Shown here one piece after another: positions 38,918 to 52,721 of a DNA stretch of 64,000 nucleotides; positions within the stretch are counted from its first letter, which is position 1, and the number at the start of each line of letters is the position of its first letter. Made by a program: the position numbers and the translations under genes. Where the stretch lies: contig CAXHJY010001646.1 of NCBI GenBank assembly GCA_964016885.1, positions 1 to 64,000 on the forward strand, given 5' to 3'. This stretch comes from Eledone cirrhosa. Lineage: Eukaryota. The notes beneath the pieces are model-generated. The model searched no databases and was not told the origin of the DNA. It saw only the letters and a program-made list of their open reading frames with translations.

Positions 38918-39142
38918 ATCATCATCATCATCATCGTTTAACGTCCGTGTTCCACGCTTGCATGGGTTTGGACGGGAGTTTTCCCACTTGAGGCAAGAGT
39001 GGTTGTCTTGCTCGCATAGGACTATCTGGCGGGTTTTCTACAGTTGGATGCCCTTCCTAACACCAACCACATTTACAGTGTGGGGCTGGGAGGTTTTTAC
39101 CGTGTTGCCTACACGGCCACATTACAGCGTGGACTGTCTGGC
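38918..39142 (-). mobile_element. RTE 3' UTR-derived element
   Basis: Reverse complement of 25195-25410. Confidence 0.8.
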
Positions 39143-39214
39143 AGATGATGTAATATGTAATTAAATATGTATATGATGCAACATTGATTCTTAGTTATCT
39201 ATCTAGCTAACGAA

Positions 39215-39380
39215 GGAAGTGTAGTAAGGAACCAGGTGGACCATAACGCACCAGAGTACTCGATAGTTAGGGTAGTAGAGTGGGTAATAGGATGAGAGTC
39301 AGGGCACCGATGGCCGAGCTCCGGCCGTTTTGACAGCTACGTTGAAACGGCTGAAGCTCAGCCGTCGGGGTCCTGACTCT
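39215..39380. mobile_element. Family G hammerhead 3'-half fold-back element
   Basis: Family G tail on the minus strand, then palindrome 39294-39380 containing GAAACGGCTGAAGCTCAGCCGTCGGGGTC. Confidence 0.7.
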
Positions 39381-39572
39381 TTTTCTATCTATCTATATAT
39401 ATATTAGAGAGAGTCGGGGCCCACCGGCTGAGCTCTTCAAATTTCACCAAAAAAAAAACAGTGTGGTGCACAGAACAAAGGCAATGGAAAACGGACAGTC
39501 CCATCTCCTCAGTTAATCCCTGGAGATCACCACAGATTCGAAGCTTTATATATATTAGTAATAGGAGAAGAA

Positions 39573-39760
39573 ATAATTGTTTCTACTTTTGGCACAAGGC
39601 CAGCAATTACCCAGTGTATTACTGGTACTTTATTTTATCGACCCCATAAGGATGAAAGGCAAAGTTAACCTCGGCGGGATTTGAACTCAGAATGGCAAGG
39701 GCCGTAACTCTATGCGTCAAAGCATGGCGTCCGACCCTCTACCGATACTGCCAATCCACT
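39573..39760 (-). mobile_element. SINE family A
   Basis: Matches the consensus. AATAGGAGAAGAAATAAT is duplicated on both sides (target-site duplication). Confidence 0.85.
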
Positions 39761-40539
39761 GGCCATTATAGGAGAATAGGAGAAGAAATAATAGCAGTCC
39801 GTAATATTTTCTGACCCAGCTAGACTGGTGAAGATGAGGGAGAGAGAAGAAACTACAAAACACAGTTTGTTGAAAAATTCTATTTTGATATGCTAGAAAT
39901 AGTAGCTCATTCTCCCTCAAGGCATATTGCATTATCTTATAAAAGGGGCATACAAGATACTGTGGTCCTGAGACTCCCTTCTTCCAAACACATATGAAAA
40001 TTGATGAAATGGTCACATCTGGAAGATCTTTGATCATAGGTGTGCTTAATTGGGGCTGACCAGAGGATAAAGAACAACAATAGACTGTCACTACACAAGG
40101 AACAACAGGAAACAGCTACTCAGGGGATCAAATAAACTTCAGTCTGGAACACTCAAATTCTCTTGACACCTTACTGGAATGTTCTCAAGAACCAGGTGCT
40201 GACAACCTCTATCTTAAATTCACAACATTGGTCTTAACCTCACAACCTTAGCCCTAACCTCATAACCTAAATATCACTATAGCAACTGTAGTTTATAGAC
40301 TACCACCCAAGGACCATGTGGTAGGGTTAAACCAAGTGACAGATTAAGCTTACCATTCAAGGGCCATGTGGTGATGTTAAACCAGATGACAGATTAAGTC
40401 TGCCATCCATGGGCTCAGATCACACTGGGGGCTTTGTAACAAATACCACAAGGCAGCTTGTCCAGTGTTGGGACAAATCTTTTCTCCATCCACTGCCCGG
40501 TACTGGTCCTACATTCTACTACTGACCACGACAATTGAA

Positions 40540-41100
40540 GATATAAGTTGAGATGAGCTGGGAATTGAACCTAGTACAAAGATAGAACCGGTGAAAACAA
40601 CACATATAAGTTGAGATGAGCTGGGAATTGAAACTAGTACAAAGATAGAACCAGTGAAGATAACACATATAAGTTGAGATGAGCTGGGAATTGAACCTAG
40701 TACAAAGATAGAACCGGTGAAGACAACATATATAAGTTGAGATGAGCTGGGAATTGAACTTTGTACAAAGATATAACCAATGAAGACAACAGAAAAGTTG
40801 AGAACAGCTGGGGATTGAACCTTGTACAAAGATATAACCAATGAAGACAACAGAAAAGTTGAGAACAGCTGGGGATTGAACCTTGTACTGAGATATAACC
40901 AGTGAGGACAACATATATAAGTTGAGATGAGCTGGGAATTGAACCTAGTATAGAGATATAACCAGTGAAGACAACAGAAAAGTTGAGATGAGCTGGGAAT
41001 TGAACCTAGTACAGGGATATAACCAGTGAAGACAACAGAAAAGTTGAGATGAGCTGGGAATTGAACCTAGTACAGGGATATAACCAGTGAAGACAACATA
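40540..41100. repeat. ~61-63-bp minisatellite (~9 copies)
   Basis: AAGTTGAGATGAGCTGGGAATTGAACCTAGTAC...AACCAGTGAAGACAACA units. Confidence 0.95.
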
Positions 41101-42044
41101 CAAAAGCTGTCTCAGCCTCTCAAGTAAATGAAATGTCATGTAAATATCCTTCTAACTGGGTGGGGTGGGAGTTAGGGGGATGGCGGAGTGGGGAGGATGG
41201 GGACTTGTGTCACTCCCCCTCCTCCTTCCATGAAACTGCTGCACCTCTTCCTCACGTGACCTGCTGACCTTTTTTTTTAAGAACAGCCTAAATACCTACC
41301 ACACACATACACACACACTCCATTCTTTCTTCCTCTTTGTCTTCTCTTCTCCTCCCTTCTCTCTTCTCTTCCATTACCCTCTCTTACCACCACCACCACC
41401 ACTACTATCACCACCGCCATCACCATGGTCACCCCACCACCATCACTATGAACCCCTCCCCCCTATCACCATCATCACTATGAACACCCCCATCACTTCC
41501 ACTATGGCATCCACCAACTCCACCTCCACCACCCTCTTGTCTTTTAATGTTAACTTGAAATATGTTTTGTTTTGTTATTTTTTCTTACATATTTTCGTTT
41601 TATTTTTCTTCTTTAAATGTTTTTTTGTTATTTTTCTATTTTTTCTTCTTTTGTTTTAAATCTCAGTTTGTGTTCTTTTTTCCACTCAGAAAAAAAAACC
41701 CAGAAAAAGGTCAGTTAAAAACAAAAATCTTTGTTGAAAGGTCAATCTTTCATTTTGAAATGTTTCTAATATAAACCTTGCTAGGTTCTCTCCTCCTACC
41801 CAATGACAAATAAATAAATAAAAGACCTTGTGAGCAACTGACGGGAGGGGGGCAAAGGGAGCTTAACCCGTTTTTTTTAAAAAATCATCCCTCATCCTGG
41901 TTTTATGATACAAAACCTGTGTTTTAAAATGCTTATATTTATCTAAAAACCTTCCATCATAACAGTTTTATGTAAGAACCTTTGTTAAGTTATGCTCCAA
42001 ACACCAGCTTAATAATTCTTTAATTCTTTCTTACGGCATTGACC

Positions 42045-42447
42045 ACAAAGGCCAGCAATTTGAGAGAAGGAGAAAGTTGATTATATCAATACCAGTTTCC
42101 TGATTGGTACTTTATTCTATTGACCCCGGAAAGATGAAAGGCAAAGTTGACCATGTCGGGATTTGAACTCAGAACATAAAGAGTTGGAACAAATACTGCA
42201 AAGCAATCTGATGGATGTTCTTACGATCCTGCCAAGCCACACCCCTCACAGCTTAATAATTGTTTCTATTTTTGGCACAAGGCCAGCAATTATCCCAGTG
42301 TATTACTGGTACTTTATTTTATCGACCCCATAAGGATGAAAGGCAAAGTTAACCTCGGCAGGATTTGAACTCAGACCACAAAGGGCCATAACTCTATGCT
42401 GAAAAGCATGGTGTATGACGCTCTACTGATACTGCCAATCCACCGCC
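42045..42447 (-). mobile_element. Two adjacent SINE family A copies
   Basis: GATGAAAGGCAAAGTT..GGATTTGAACTCAG at ~42132 and ~42335. Confidence 0.8.
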
Positions 42448-43959
42448 TCCTAATAATGCTCAATAATGAAAAACGTTAATTAGATTAGTAAATCTTTCTC
42501 AATTCTTCATTAATTTCCAGATTATTTGAAAATCATAGGCAGTATCTTTGATTTGAAATATAGTAAATAAAAGGTTAGGTGGTGAATTGACAGAGTTGTT
42601 AGAACATTAGACAGAGTGCTTTGTGATATTCGTTCTGACTCGATTCTCTCTGTTCAAATCCTGCCTTTCATCCATTCAAGGTCGATAAAAAAAAGTAGCA
42701 GTCTAGTACTGGAGTCGATTCTTCCTCTATATCTTTTTCCAGCTTCCATTCTATCACTGTCCTTCTCTGGAAGAAATCTGCTGTACTTAGACCTAGAGAG
42801 GAGATGGGCTCTGCCAGGTTTAAAAAATGCCCTATAAAAACTGTATGTCAATATGGTGCCCTTACAACTCCATATATATATAAAAGGTAAACAGAAATAA
42901 CAACACAATCGGTACAGTATATGGAAGGGATATATTAGATTAACACTTGATATAGCAGCAGGGGGGGGGGGGGGGTCTTAACGTTTCGGATGCTAGTCCT
43001 TCAGCAGAAGAAAGAATGAGAAATAAGATAGATTGAGGGGACAGTCGGGTTGGAATTGGAAAGAATGTCTTTAGATAAAAATAACAGGTCCAGGGAAAAA
43101 GTTTATAAAGTCCTGACAATGGATAAATTGAAATGATAGAGAAAGGAGGTTTCCTAGATGGATGAATAACTGGCTGCCGTTGGAATAGTTTTAAATATAT
43201 TTTGTTAGGAAATTTGAGAGTAATATTGTATCAATGTGTGTCAATATATTAATTGCATTTGCTGTAAATACATAAAACTTAATACAAAAGAAATATAACT
43301 ATTGTCTGAACAGCACATTTAGTTAATGTTAATGTTGGTTCAAGTTTCAAAGAAGCTACATTCTTTAAATTTTACTCTTTCTCTCTCTCTCTTTCCCTGC
43401 ATCTCTCTCACTCTTGGCATGTCTCTCTCTCATTCCCCTTTCTATTATATTTTCTCTCTCTTTTTTGTTTTTCTCTGCCCTATTATACATCATCTGTCTC
43501 TTAGCACAACAGCAGAACATCTATGAGGAACAGGAAGAGAGGGTATGTTAGTAAAGTCATATGAGTGAGAGGTTTAAAAAAAGTTTAAAGTCTATCTTGA
43601 ACCTGGTGGCTCATCAGGCTAATGCGTATCCCAGTTTCTGTAATGACTGAGAGTACTAGACTTCCCCTGCATAGGAGGCCAGTCCATTGCAGCTATTGCC
43701 GATATTCATTTTCAACTGAGTATACTGGAGCAACATGAAATGAAGTGTTTTTGCTCAAGAACACATCACACAAACTCCATACTTAACATGGGGTCCTTTT
43801 GGAGGAAACAAATGCACACAGAAAAACAGTTACTTAACACAAACAGATAACTACATATGTATCTACCTCATCAGCCACCTTAGTGGCATGCAATTAAAGG
43901 TCCACAATATGGGAAAGAGACTAAGTACATTGTGTATATATATATATATAACGAAGGAG

Positions 43960-44147
43960 TTGTGGTAAGGAACCAGGTGGACCATAACACACCAGAGTAC
44001 TCAATACTTAGGGTAGTAGAGTGGGTAATAAGAAAAAGTATGACCCCGACGGCAGAGCTCAAGCTGTTTCGATGGCTATTTCTGGACTGAGTCCAGAAAT
44101 AGCCGTCGAAACAGCTTGAGCTCTGCCGGCGGGGGTCATACTTTTTC
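43960..44147. mobile_element. Family G hammerhead 3'-half fold-back element
   Basis: Palindrome 44032-44147 centred on TTTCTGGACT-G-AGTCCAGAAA, with the family G tail on the left. Flanked by (TA)n. Confidence 0.78.
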
Positions 44148-44273
44148 CTATATATATATATATATATATATAATTGGACGTAAAATGGTGATCGTGACGA
44201 TGATGATTATATATATATATATATAATTGGACGTAAAATGGTGATGGTGACGATGATGATGATGATTATATAT

Positions 44274-44308
<35 letters not shown>

Positions 44309-44599
44309 TGTATGACAGTGAATCAGTGCAGTGAAGACATCTAGTCTACATGTCTATGGAACAATCATATTTATATACAGGTAGGAATAGGGAGAGACAG
44401 GGATGGGGAAGTTATTTAGGTCTCTCTCACCACAGGTAGGTCTCTCTCACATTACAGGTAGAAAGAAGAGTGACAATGAGGATAACATTATTATTATTTA
44501 TTTAATAACTAATAGTAAGTCAATTAATAAGAGGCTACAGAACACCTTTTATCCAACCTGCAAACCAATAATTAGCTACCTGGGCTCCAAACAGCTAAA

Positions 44600-45380
44600 T
44601 AAGGTAGGTTTAAGTTCCTTTGCATTCTGAGCTCAAATCTCACCGAGGTTAGCCTTGCCTTTCATTTTTACTGGGTTGAAAAAATAAAATACCAGTAATG
44701 CATTGGGGTCATTAAAATAAAATACCCGTAATGCACTGGGGTCAATTTAATTAAATTTCCCTTCCACCCCAAATTGTTGGCCTTGTGCCTAAATCAAAAA
44801 CTATTATTTTGAGAGTGGTGGATTGGCAGAGCATTAGACAACATGCTTTATGGATTAAAATGTTGGCCCTTTACATTCTGAGTTCAAATCCTGCTGAGGT
44901 TAACTTTAGCTTTGTCTTTCATCTTTACCGGGTTGACAAAATAAAATACCAGTTATGAACTGGGGTCCCCTCCCCAAAATTGTTGCCTTGTGCCTAAAAT
45001 CATAACTCATGGCAGTATCTGTAGAGGGCCGGACGCCATGCTTTCCAGCACAGTTACGTCCCTTTACGATCTGAGTTCAAATCCCGCCGAGGTTAACTTT
45101 GCCTTTCATCCTTACGGGGTCGATAAAATAAAGTACCAGTAATGCACTGGGGTAATTGCTGGCCTTGTGCCTAAAGTAGAAACAATTATTATTAATGGAT
45201 TGATAGTATCGGTAGAGCGTCGGACACCCTGCTTCGCGGAATAGAGTTATGGCCCTTTACGTTCTAAGTTCAAATCCCGCCTCGGTTAGCTTTGCCTTTC
45301 ATCCTTACAGGGTCGATAAAATAAAGTACCAGTAATGCACTGGGGTAATTGCTGGCCTTGTGCCAAAAGTAGAAACAATT
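44600..45380 (+). mobile_element. Cluster of about four head-to-tail SINE family A copies
   Basis: Repeated B box (G/A)AG(T/C)TCAAATC and GCCTTTCAT...AAAATAAA(G/A)TACCAG motifs. Confidence 0.8.
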
Positions 45381-45454
45381 ATTATTATTGTTATTATTAA
45401 AGTTGCTGAAGCACAACAGAGAGAGGTGAGACTTGATCTAGAAATCAAAACACC

Positions 45455-47320
45455 ACCACACACACACATACACACAAACACACATACATACACACACACA
45501 CACACACATACACACACACACACACACACACAAACACACACAAACACACATACAAACACACACATACACACACACACACACACACAAACACACATACACA
45601 CATACATACACAAACACACACATACATACACAAAACACACACACACACAAACAAACACACACACATACATACACACAAACACATACATACACACACACAT
45701 ACATACACACACACACAAACACACACACATACATACAAACACACACACTTAAGGTCAATGACAGACATTCAAGACTTCAGAAAAATGTGACAAATATATA
45801 TATTGTTGTTGTTGTTTGCATTAATGCATGGATATGAAACATTTAAAAACATTCACAAATACTAATTTATTTGTGTGTGTGTGTGTGTGTGTGAGAGTCT
45901 GTGTCTGTGTCTGTATGAGTGTGTCTGTGTGTCTGTGTCTGTGTGTATGTGTCTGTGTGTATGTGTCTGTGTGTCTGTGTCTGTGTGTATGTGTCTGTGT
46001 GTATGTGTCTGTGTGTATGTGTCTGTGTGTATGTGTGTGTGTCTGTGTGTCTGTGTCTGTGTGTGTGTATGTGTCTGTATGTCTCTGTATGTGTCTGTGT
46101 CTGTGTGTGTCTGTGTCTGTGTGTGTCTGTGTCTGTGTGTGTCTGTGTGTGTCTGTGTCTGTGTGTGTCTGTGTGTGTCTGTGTCTGTCTGTGTCTGTGT
46201 GTGTCTGTGTCTGTGTGTGTCTGTGTCTGTGTGTGTCTGTGTCTGTGTGTGTCTGTGTCTGTGTGTGTCTGTGTCTGTGTGTGTCTGTGTCTGTGTGTGT
46301 CTGTGTCTGTGTGTGTCTGTGTCTGTGTGTGTCTGTGTCTGTGTGTGTCTGTGTCTGTGTGTGTCTGTGTCTGTGTGTGTCTGTGTCTGTCTGTGTCTGT
46401 GTGTGTATGTGTCTGTGTGTGTATGTGTGTGTATGTGTGTGTATGTGTGTGTATGTGTGTGTATGTGTGTGTATGTGTGTGTCTGTCTGTCTGTGTCTCT
46501 GTCTGTCTGTGTCTCTGTCTGTCTGTGTATGTGTCTGTGTGTCTGTCTGTCTGTGTATGTGTGTCTGTGTATGTGTCTGTCTGTGTATGTGTCTGTCTGT
46601 GTATGTGTCTGTCTGTGTATGTGTCTGTCTGTGTATGTGTCTGTCTGTGTATGTGTCTGTCTGTGTATGTGTCTGTCTGTGTATGTGTGTATGTGTGTGT
46701 ATGTGTGTCTGTCTGTGTATGTGTGTCTGTCTGTGTATGTGTCTGTCTGTGTATGTGTCTGTCTGTGTATGTGTCTGTCTGTGTATGTGTCTGTCTGTGT
46801 ATGTGTCTGTCTGTGTATGTGTCTGTCTGTGTATGTGTCTGTCTGTGTATGTGTCTGTCTGTGTATGTGTCTGTCTGTGTATGTGTCTGTCTGTGTATGT
46901 GTCTGTCTGTGTATGTGTCTGTCTGTGTATGTGTCTGTCTGTGTATGTGTCTGTCTGTGTATGTGTCTGTCTGTGTATGTGTCTGTCTGTGTATGTGTCT
47001 GTCTGTGTATGTGTCTGTCTGTGTATGTGTCTGTCTGTGTATGTGTGTCTGTCTGTGTATGTGTCTGTCTGTCTGTGTATGTGTCTGTCTGTCTGTGTAT
47101 GTGTCTGTCTGTCTGTGTATGTGTCTGTCTGTGTATGTGTCTGTCTGTGTATGTGTCTGTGTATGTGTCTGTGTGTCTGTCTGTGTGTGTGTGTGTATGT
47201 GTATGTGTCTGTGAGTGTGTGTGTGTCTCTCTCTGTCTGTGTGAGTGTCTGTGTGTGTGTGTGTGTGTCTCTGTGTCTGTGTGTGTGTCGGTGTCTGTGT
47301 GTGTGTGAGTGTGTGTGTAC
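45455..47320. repeat. (CA)n field, then a (TG)/(TCTG)/(TATG) compound satellite with an 18-bp sub-period
   Basis: Direct inspection (GTCTGTCTGTGTATGTGT-type units). Confidence 0.95.
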
Positions 47321-47361
47321 ATACAAACTTATAAAAAATTGTGGTGGCACACACGTATGTA

Positions 47362-47407
<46 letters not shown>

Positions 47408-47840
47408 TATACACATACATGCTCATAGAATATATAAAATATGTGTATAATGACCTATACACATACATACATGGATACACACATGCACACACACACACAT
47501 ATGTATACACACAAACATACATACAAACAAACATGTACACACACACACACACACACAAGGTAATTAGCAGTGAAAAATAGCAATGTGGCATTATGCTATT
47601 GATTATATACACACTGGTTACCTACCAATTCATATACACCACACATGCATACCTATACACACTGGCATCCATGCTGTTTTTGGTATTTACACACAAATAT
47701 ATATATATATACGTACATGCATACATATATATATACATTCATATACATACATACATACACACATTCATATACATACATACACACACATATATATATATAT
47801 TAAAACAACAACAGAAGGCCAGACTGGAGAATTTACTCTA

Positions 47841-47890
<50 letters not shown>

Positions 47891-47903
47891 CATACACGCA
47901 CAA

Positions 47904-47939
<36 letters not shown>

Positions 47940-48025
47940 GGAAAGTTATATTTAAATTGTTGGGTTACAACTAGTAAATATTTATAACTGATATAAAAGC
48001 ACTCAACAAGTATTTGGAGTATATT

Positions 48026-48388
48026 TACGATATTAAATAAATGGAAACTATATTTATAAAACCATATTTATTTCATTATATATATTTCAGGGATATCATA
48101 TTAACAATATGTTATGCCTTCCTCAGACAAAATACAATATAGACAGTTTTATAGATAAATAGATTTGACATACCGTTCAACATCGACTTGTATTTGAAAA
48201 AACTGCCAAATCAACTTTTTCAAATACAAGTCGATGTTGAACGGTATGTCAAATCTATTTATCTATAAAACTGTCTATATTGTATTTTGTCTGAGGAAGG
48301 CATAACATATTGTTAATATGATATCCCTGAAATATATATAATGAAATAAATATGGTTTTATAAATATAGTTTCCATTTATTTAATATC

Positions 48389-48391
<3 letters not shown>
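48026..48391. repeat. Apparently perfect 366-bp palindrome with a hammerhead in each arm (48069-48134 minus, 48283-48348 plus)
   Basis: Arms of ~176 bp with a ~14-nt spacer. Plus copy reads UAUUUUGU-CUGAGGA-AGG-C-AUAACAUAUUGUUAAUAUGAUAU-C-CCU-GAAA-UAUAUA-UA-AUGAAAUA. Followed by (TA)n. Confidence 0.92.
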
Positions 48392-48428
<37 letters not shown>

Positions 48429-48759
48429 GGATCTATATATATACATAATTCATATACATACACAGACATAAGCACACACATAGCCCGAACTACAGAATTT
48501 TGGTTGAATATTGACCTAGAAATAAATGAAGAAAAATTTACATATTTAAAAAAAAAAATTATGTAAATAAGAATCAGATCTTTGGCCTGTCTGGGAGGTC
48601 AGTCTCGCTTCAGCACCGACTTGGTCTACTTATACCTGTCCAACCCTTGCTAGCAGGGAAAGCAGATGTTAAAGCAATGATGATGATGATGATGATGATA
48701 GATATCCTAGGTCCCTTTTAAGTAATGTGGTGACCAACAGTAAACGAACGAATTCTAAA

Positions 48760-51335
48760 TATAAAACCTCACAGTTTAGTAATCAAACCCAACAGTCTAG
48801 TAATGATAAAACCCTACAGTTTAGTAATGATAAAACCCCACAGTTTAGTAATGATAAAACCCCTCAGTCTAGTAATGATAAAACCCCTCAGTCTAGTAAT
48901 GATAAAACCTCACAGTTTAGTAATCAAACCCAACAGTCTAGTAATGATAAAACCCAACAGTCTAGTAATGATAAAACCCCACAGTTTAGTAATCAAACCC
49001 AACAGTCTACTAATGATAAAACCCCACAGTTTAGTAATCAAACCCAACAGTTTAGTAATCAAACCCAACAGTTTAGTATTGATAAAACCCCACAGTTTAG
49101 TAATCAAAGCCAACAGTCTAGTATTGATAAAAAAAACCCAATTTAGTAATGATAAAACCCTACAGTTTAGTATTGATAAAACCCCACAGTTTAGTATTGA
49201 TAAAACCCCACAGTTTAGTAATCAAAGCCAACAGTCTAGTATTGATAAAAAAAACCTAGTTTAGTAATGATAAAACCCTACAGTTTAGTATTGATAAAAA
49301 CCCCCAGTTTAGTATTGATAAAACCCCACAGTTTAGTATTGATAAAACCCCACAGTTTAGTAATCAAAGCCAACAGTCTAGTATTAATAAAAAAAACCCC
49401 AGTTTAGTATTGATAAAACCCCACAGTTTAGTATTGATAAAACCCCACAGTTTAGTAATCAAAGCCAACAGTCTAGTATTGATAAAGCCCCTCAGTCTAG
49501 TAATGATAAAACCCCACAGTTTAGTAATCAAACCCAACAGTCTAGTAATGATAAAACCCCACAGTTTAGTAATGATAAAACCCCACAGTTTAGTAATGAT
49601 AAAACCCTACAGTTTAGTAATGATAAAACCCCACAGTTTAGTAATGATAAAACCCCTCAGTCTAGTAATGATAAAACCCCTCAGTCTAGTAATGATAAAA
49701 CCCCTCAGTCTAGTAATGATAAAACCTCACAGTTTAGTAATCAAACCCAACAGTCTAGTAATGATAAAACCCAACAGTCTAGTAATGATAAAACCCCACA
49801 GTTTAGTAATCAAACCCAACAGTTTAGTATTGATAAAACCCCACAGTTTAGTATTGATAAAACCCCACAGTTTAGTAATCAAAGCCAACAGTCAAGTATT
49901 GATAAAAAAAACCCAGTTTAGTAATGATAAAACCCTACAGTTTAGTATTGATAAAACCCCACAGTTTAGTATTGATAAAACCCCACAGTTTAGTAATCAA
50001 AGCCAACAGTCTAGTATTGATAAAAAAACCCTACAGTTTAGTAATGATAAAACCCTACAGTTTAGTATTGATAAAAACCCCCAGTTTAGTATTGATAAAA
50101 CCCCACAGTTTAGTATTGATAAAACCCCACAGTTTAGTAATGATAAAACCCCACAGTTTAGTATTGATAAAACCCCACAGTTTAGTATTGATAAAACCCC
50201 ACAGTTTAGTATTGATAAAACCCCACAGTTTAGTATTGATAAAACCCCACAGTTTAGTATTGATAAAACCCCACAGTTTAATAATGATAAAACCCCACAG
50301 TTTAGTATTGATAAAACCCCACAGTTTAGTATTGATAAAACCCCACAGTTTAGTATTGATAAAACCCCACAGATTAGTATTGATAAAACCCCACAGTTTA
50401 GTAATGATAAAACCCCACAGTTTAGTATTGATAAAACGCCACAGTTTAGTAATGATAAAACCCCACAGTTAAGTAATCAAACCCAACAGTTTAGCGATGA
50501 TAAAACCCCACAGTTTAGTAATGATAAAACCCCACAGTTAAGTAATCAAACCCAACAGTTTAGTAATGATAAAACCCCACAGTTTAGTAATCAAACCCAA
50601 CAGTTTAGTAATGATAAAACCCCACAGTTAAGTAATCAAACCCAACAGTTTAGTAATGATAAAACCCCACAGTTTAGTATTGATAAAACCCCACAGTTTA
50701 GTAATGATAAAACCCCACAGTTTAGTATTGATAAAACGCCACAGTTTAGTATTGATAAAACCCCACAGTTTAGTAATGATAAAACCCCACAGTTTAGTAA
50801 TGATAAAACCCCACAGTTTAGTAATGATAAAATCCCACAGTTTAGTAATGATAAAACCCCACAGTTTAGTAATGATAAAACTCCACAGTTTAGTAATCAA
50901 ACCCAACAGTTTAGTAATGATAAAACCCCACAGTTTAGTAATGATAAAACCCCACAGTTTAGTAATCAAACCCAACAGTTTAGTAATGATAAAACCCAAC
51001 AGTTTAGTAATCAAACCCCACAGTTTAGTAATGATAAAACCCCACAGTTTAGTAATCAAACCCAACAGTTTAGTAATGATAAAACCCCACAGTTTAGTAA
51101 TGATAAAACCCCAGTTTAGTAATGATAAAACCCCAGTTTAGTAATGATAAAACCCCAGTTTAGTAATGATAAAATCCCACAGTTTAGTAATCAAACCCAA
51201 CAGTTTAGTAATGATAAAACACCACGGTTTAGTATTGATAAAACCCCAGTTTAGTATTGATAAAACCCCAGTTTAGTATTGATAAAACCCCACAGTTTAG
51301 TATTGATAAAACCCCACAGTTTAGTAATGATAAAC
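48760..51335. repeat. 2.6-kb minisatellite of mixed ~21- and ~24-bp units
   Basis: CAGTTTAGTA(A/T)TGATAAAACCCCA and CAGTTTAGTAATCAAACCCAA units. Confidence 0.97.
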
Positions 51336-52023
51336 GCAATCAGACTATTGATAACACTTTAACCCTAAAAATTGTAGTACTAAGTCTAATATTCATCTAA
51401 ATGATAATAATAGAAATGAACCAAAGGTTGATAGAAGAAATAGAAGATGAAAATATATCTGATATAATCCTCCTATGGAATCTAAGTATTGTCTGCTATA
51501 CCTAAGTTATTTTTTGATATAATACACAAGAATTTCTAGCCTGAGTACAGATAATCTATTTCCTACCAATACAAATTTCCTTTCTTTCTTTCTCTAGAAT
51601 GGTCAATGATCTTACACAGATATCATTTTTTTTTTTTTACAATAGGAAATTACGAAATTACGACTACATCTTGAAAAGATCTGGTATTAACTAACCAATT
51701 TTTAGGACTAAACTCTCTGAAAATGGTCTTTCCGATTTGAATGTTTGAAATTTGACTCTCAGTATATATATATATATATGCCCTTCCTAATGAAGTTAGT
51801 GTTAGGAAGGACATCTAGCTGTAGAAATCAAGCCAAAATCAGTTCCCGTATGAGCAAGATATGGTCACCTGAACTGGCATTGCCCATAACAGAGCAACTC
51901 TTCGTCTAACCCATGCTAGTGTGGAAGAATGGACATAAAATGGTGATGATGACTATATACACACACATATATATATATTGGCCGATAATATTGTATTGGC
52001 CGATAATACTTCTTGTTGTTTTA

Positions 52024-52068
52024 ATTGCCCTGATGAGTCCTTAATAGGACGAAACATTGTTGGCTAAT
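52024..52068 (+). ncRNA. Type I hammerhead ribozyme motif, minimal stem III
   Basis: AUUGCC-CUGAUGA-GUCCU UAAU AGGAC-GAAA-C AUU G-UU-GGC(U)AAU, with the canonical G10.1-C11.1 pair. Confidence 0.8.
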
Positions 52069-52260
52069 AAAGACTTTTGATGTATTGAAGGCTTCTTTGT
52101 TTTACTTTCATAATATATATATATATATATATAAGCAAAAGGGATATTTAAATATGTTGGTAATTCAACAAATATATATGTTTATAACTGATTCGAAGCA
52201 CTCGACAGGTTTTCTGGAGTATAATATCAATGATATTAATATTTATATCATTGATATATA

Positions 52261-52588
52261 TATATATTGAAAGGATAACAAGGACGATTGGTTACTCCTT
52301 CATTACATTTATTGGTAGGTCACCCGCGGTTCGCCACTGATCAGCTCAAGATTTGATCTGTATCGCTCTTACCCGACTCAATAATCGGCAGCTCGACGGA
52401 CCCTTTAAAATGGTATAATAAAAATTTTTCTTATACCATTTTAAAGGGTCCGTCGAGATGCCGATTATTGAGTCGGGTAAGATCGATACAGATCAAATCT
52501 TGAGCTGATCAGTGGCGAACCGCGGGTGACCTACCAATAAATGTAATGAAGGAGTAACCAATCGTCCTTGTTATCCTTTCAATATATA
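52261..52588. repeat. Near-perfect 328-bp spacerless palindrome
   Basis: Centre TGGTATAATAAAAA|TTTTTCTTATACCA. One arm is homologous to 26590-26715. Confidence 0.92.
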
Positions 52589-52684
52589 CTCTGTCTAGCT
52601 CTACACCTCAACACAGAAGTGAACCTAAACATCGAGTGCTCACCCGGGTGAACCTGCAGTAACTCCTAGTTACACTCCCTAGAT

Positions 52685-52721
<37 letters not shown>

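Noticed and set aside
42975-43015. Minus-strand CUGCUGA-AGGACUAGCAUCC-GAAA-CGUU motif
   Set aside because: Probably a PLE-type HHR relic, but the core A6 is mutated; not called functional.
48727-51141. Repetitive ORFs (QFSNDKTP / MIKPHSLV)
   Set aside because: Minisatellite with unit lengths divisible by three, open in several frames and interrupted by slippage frameshifts.
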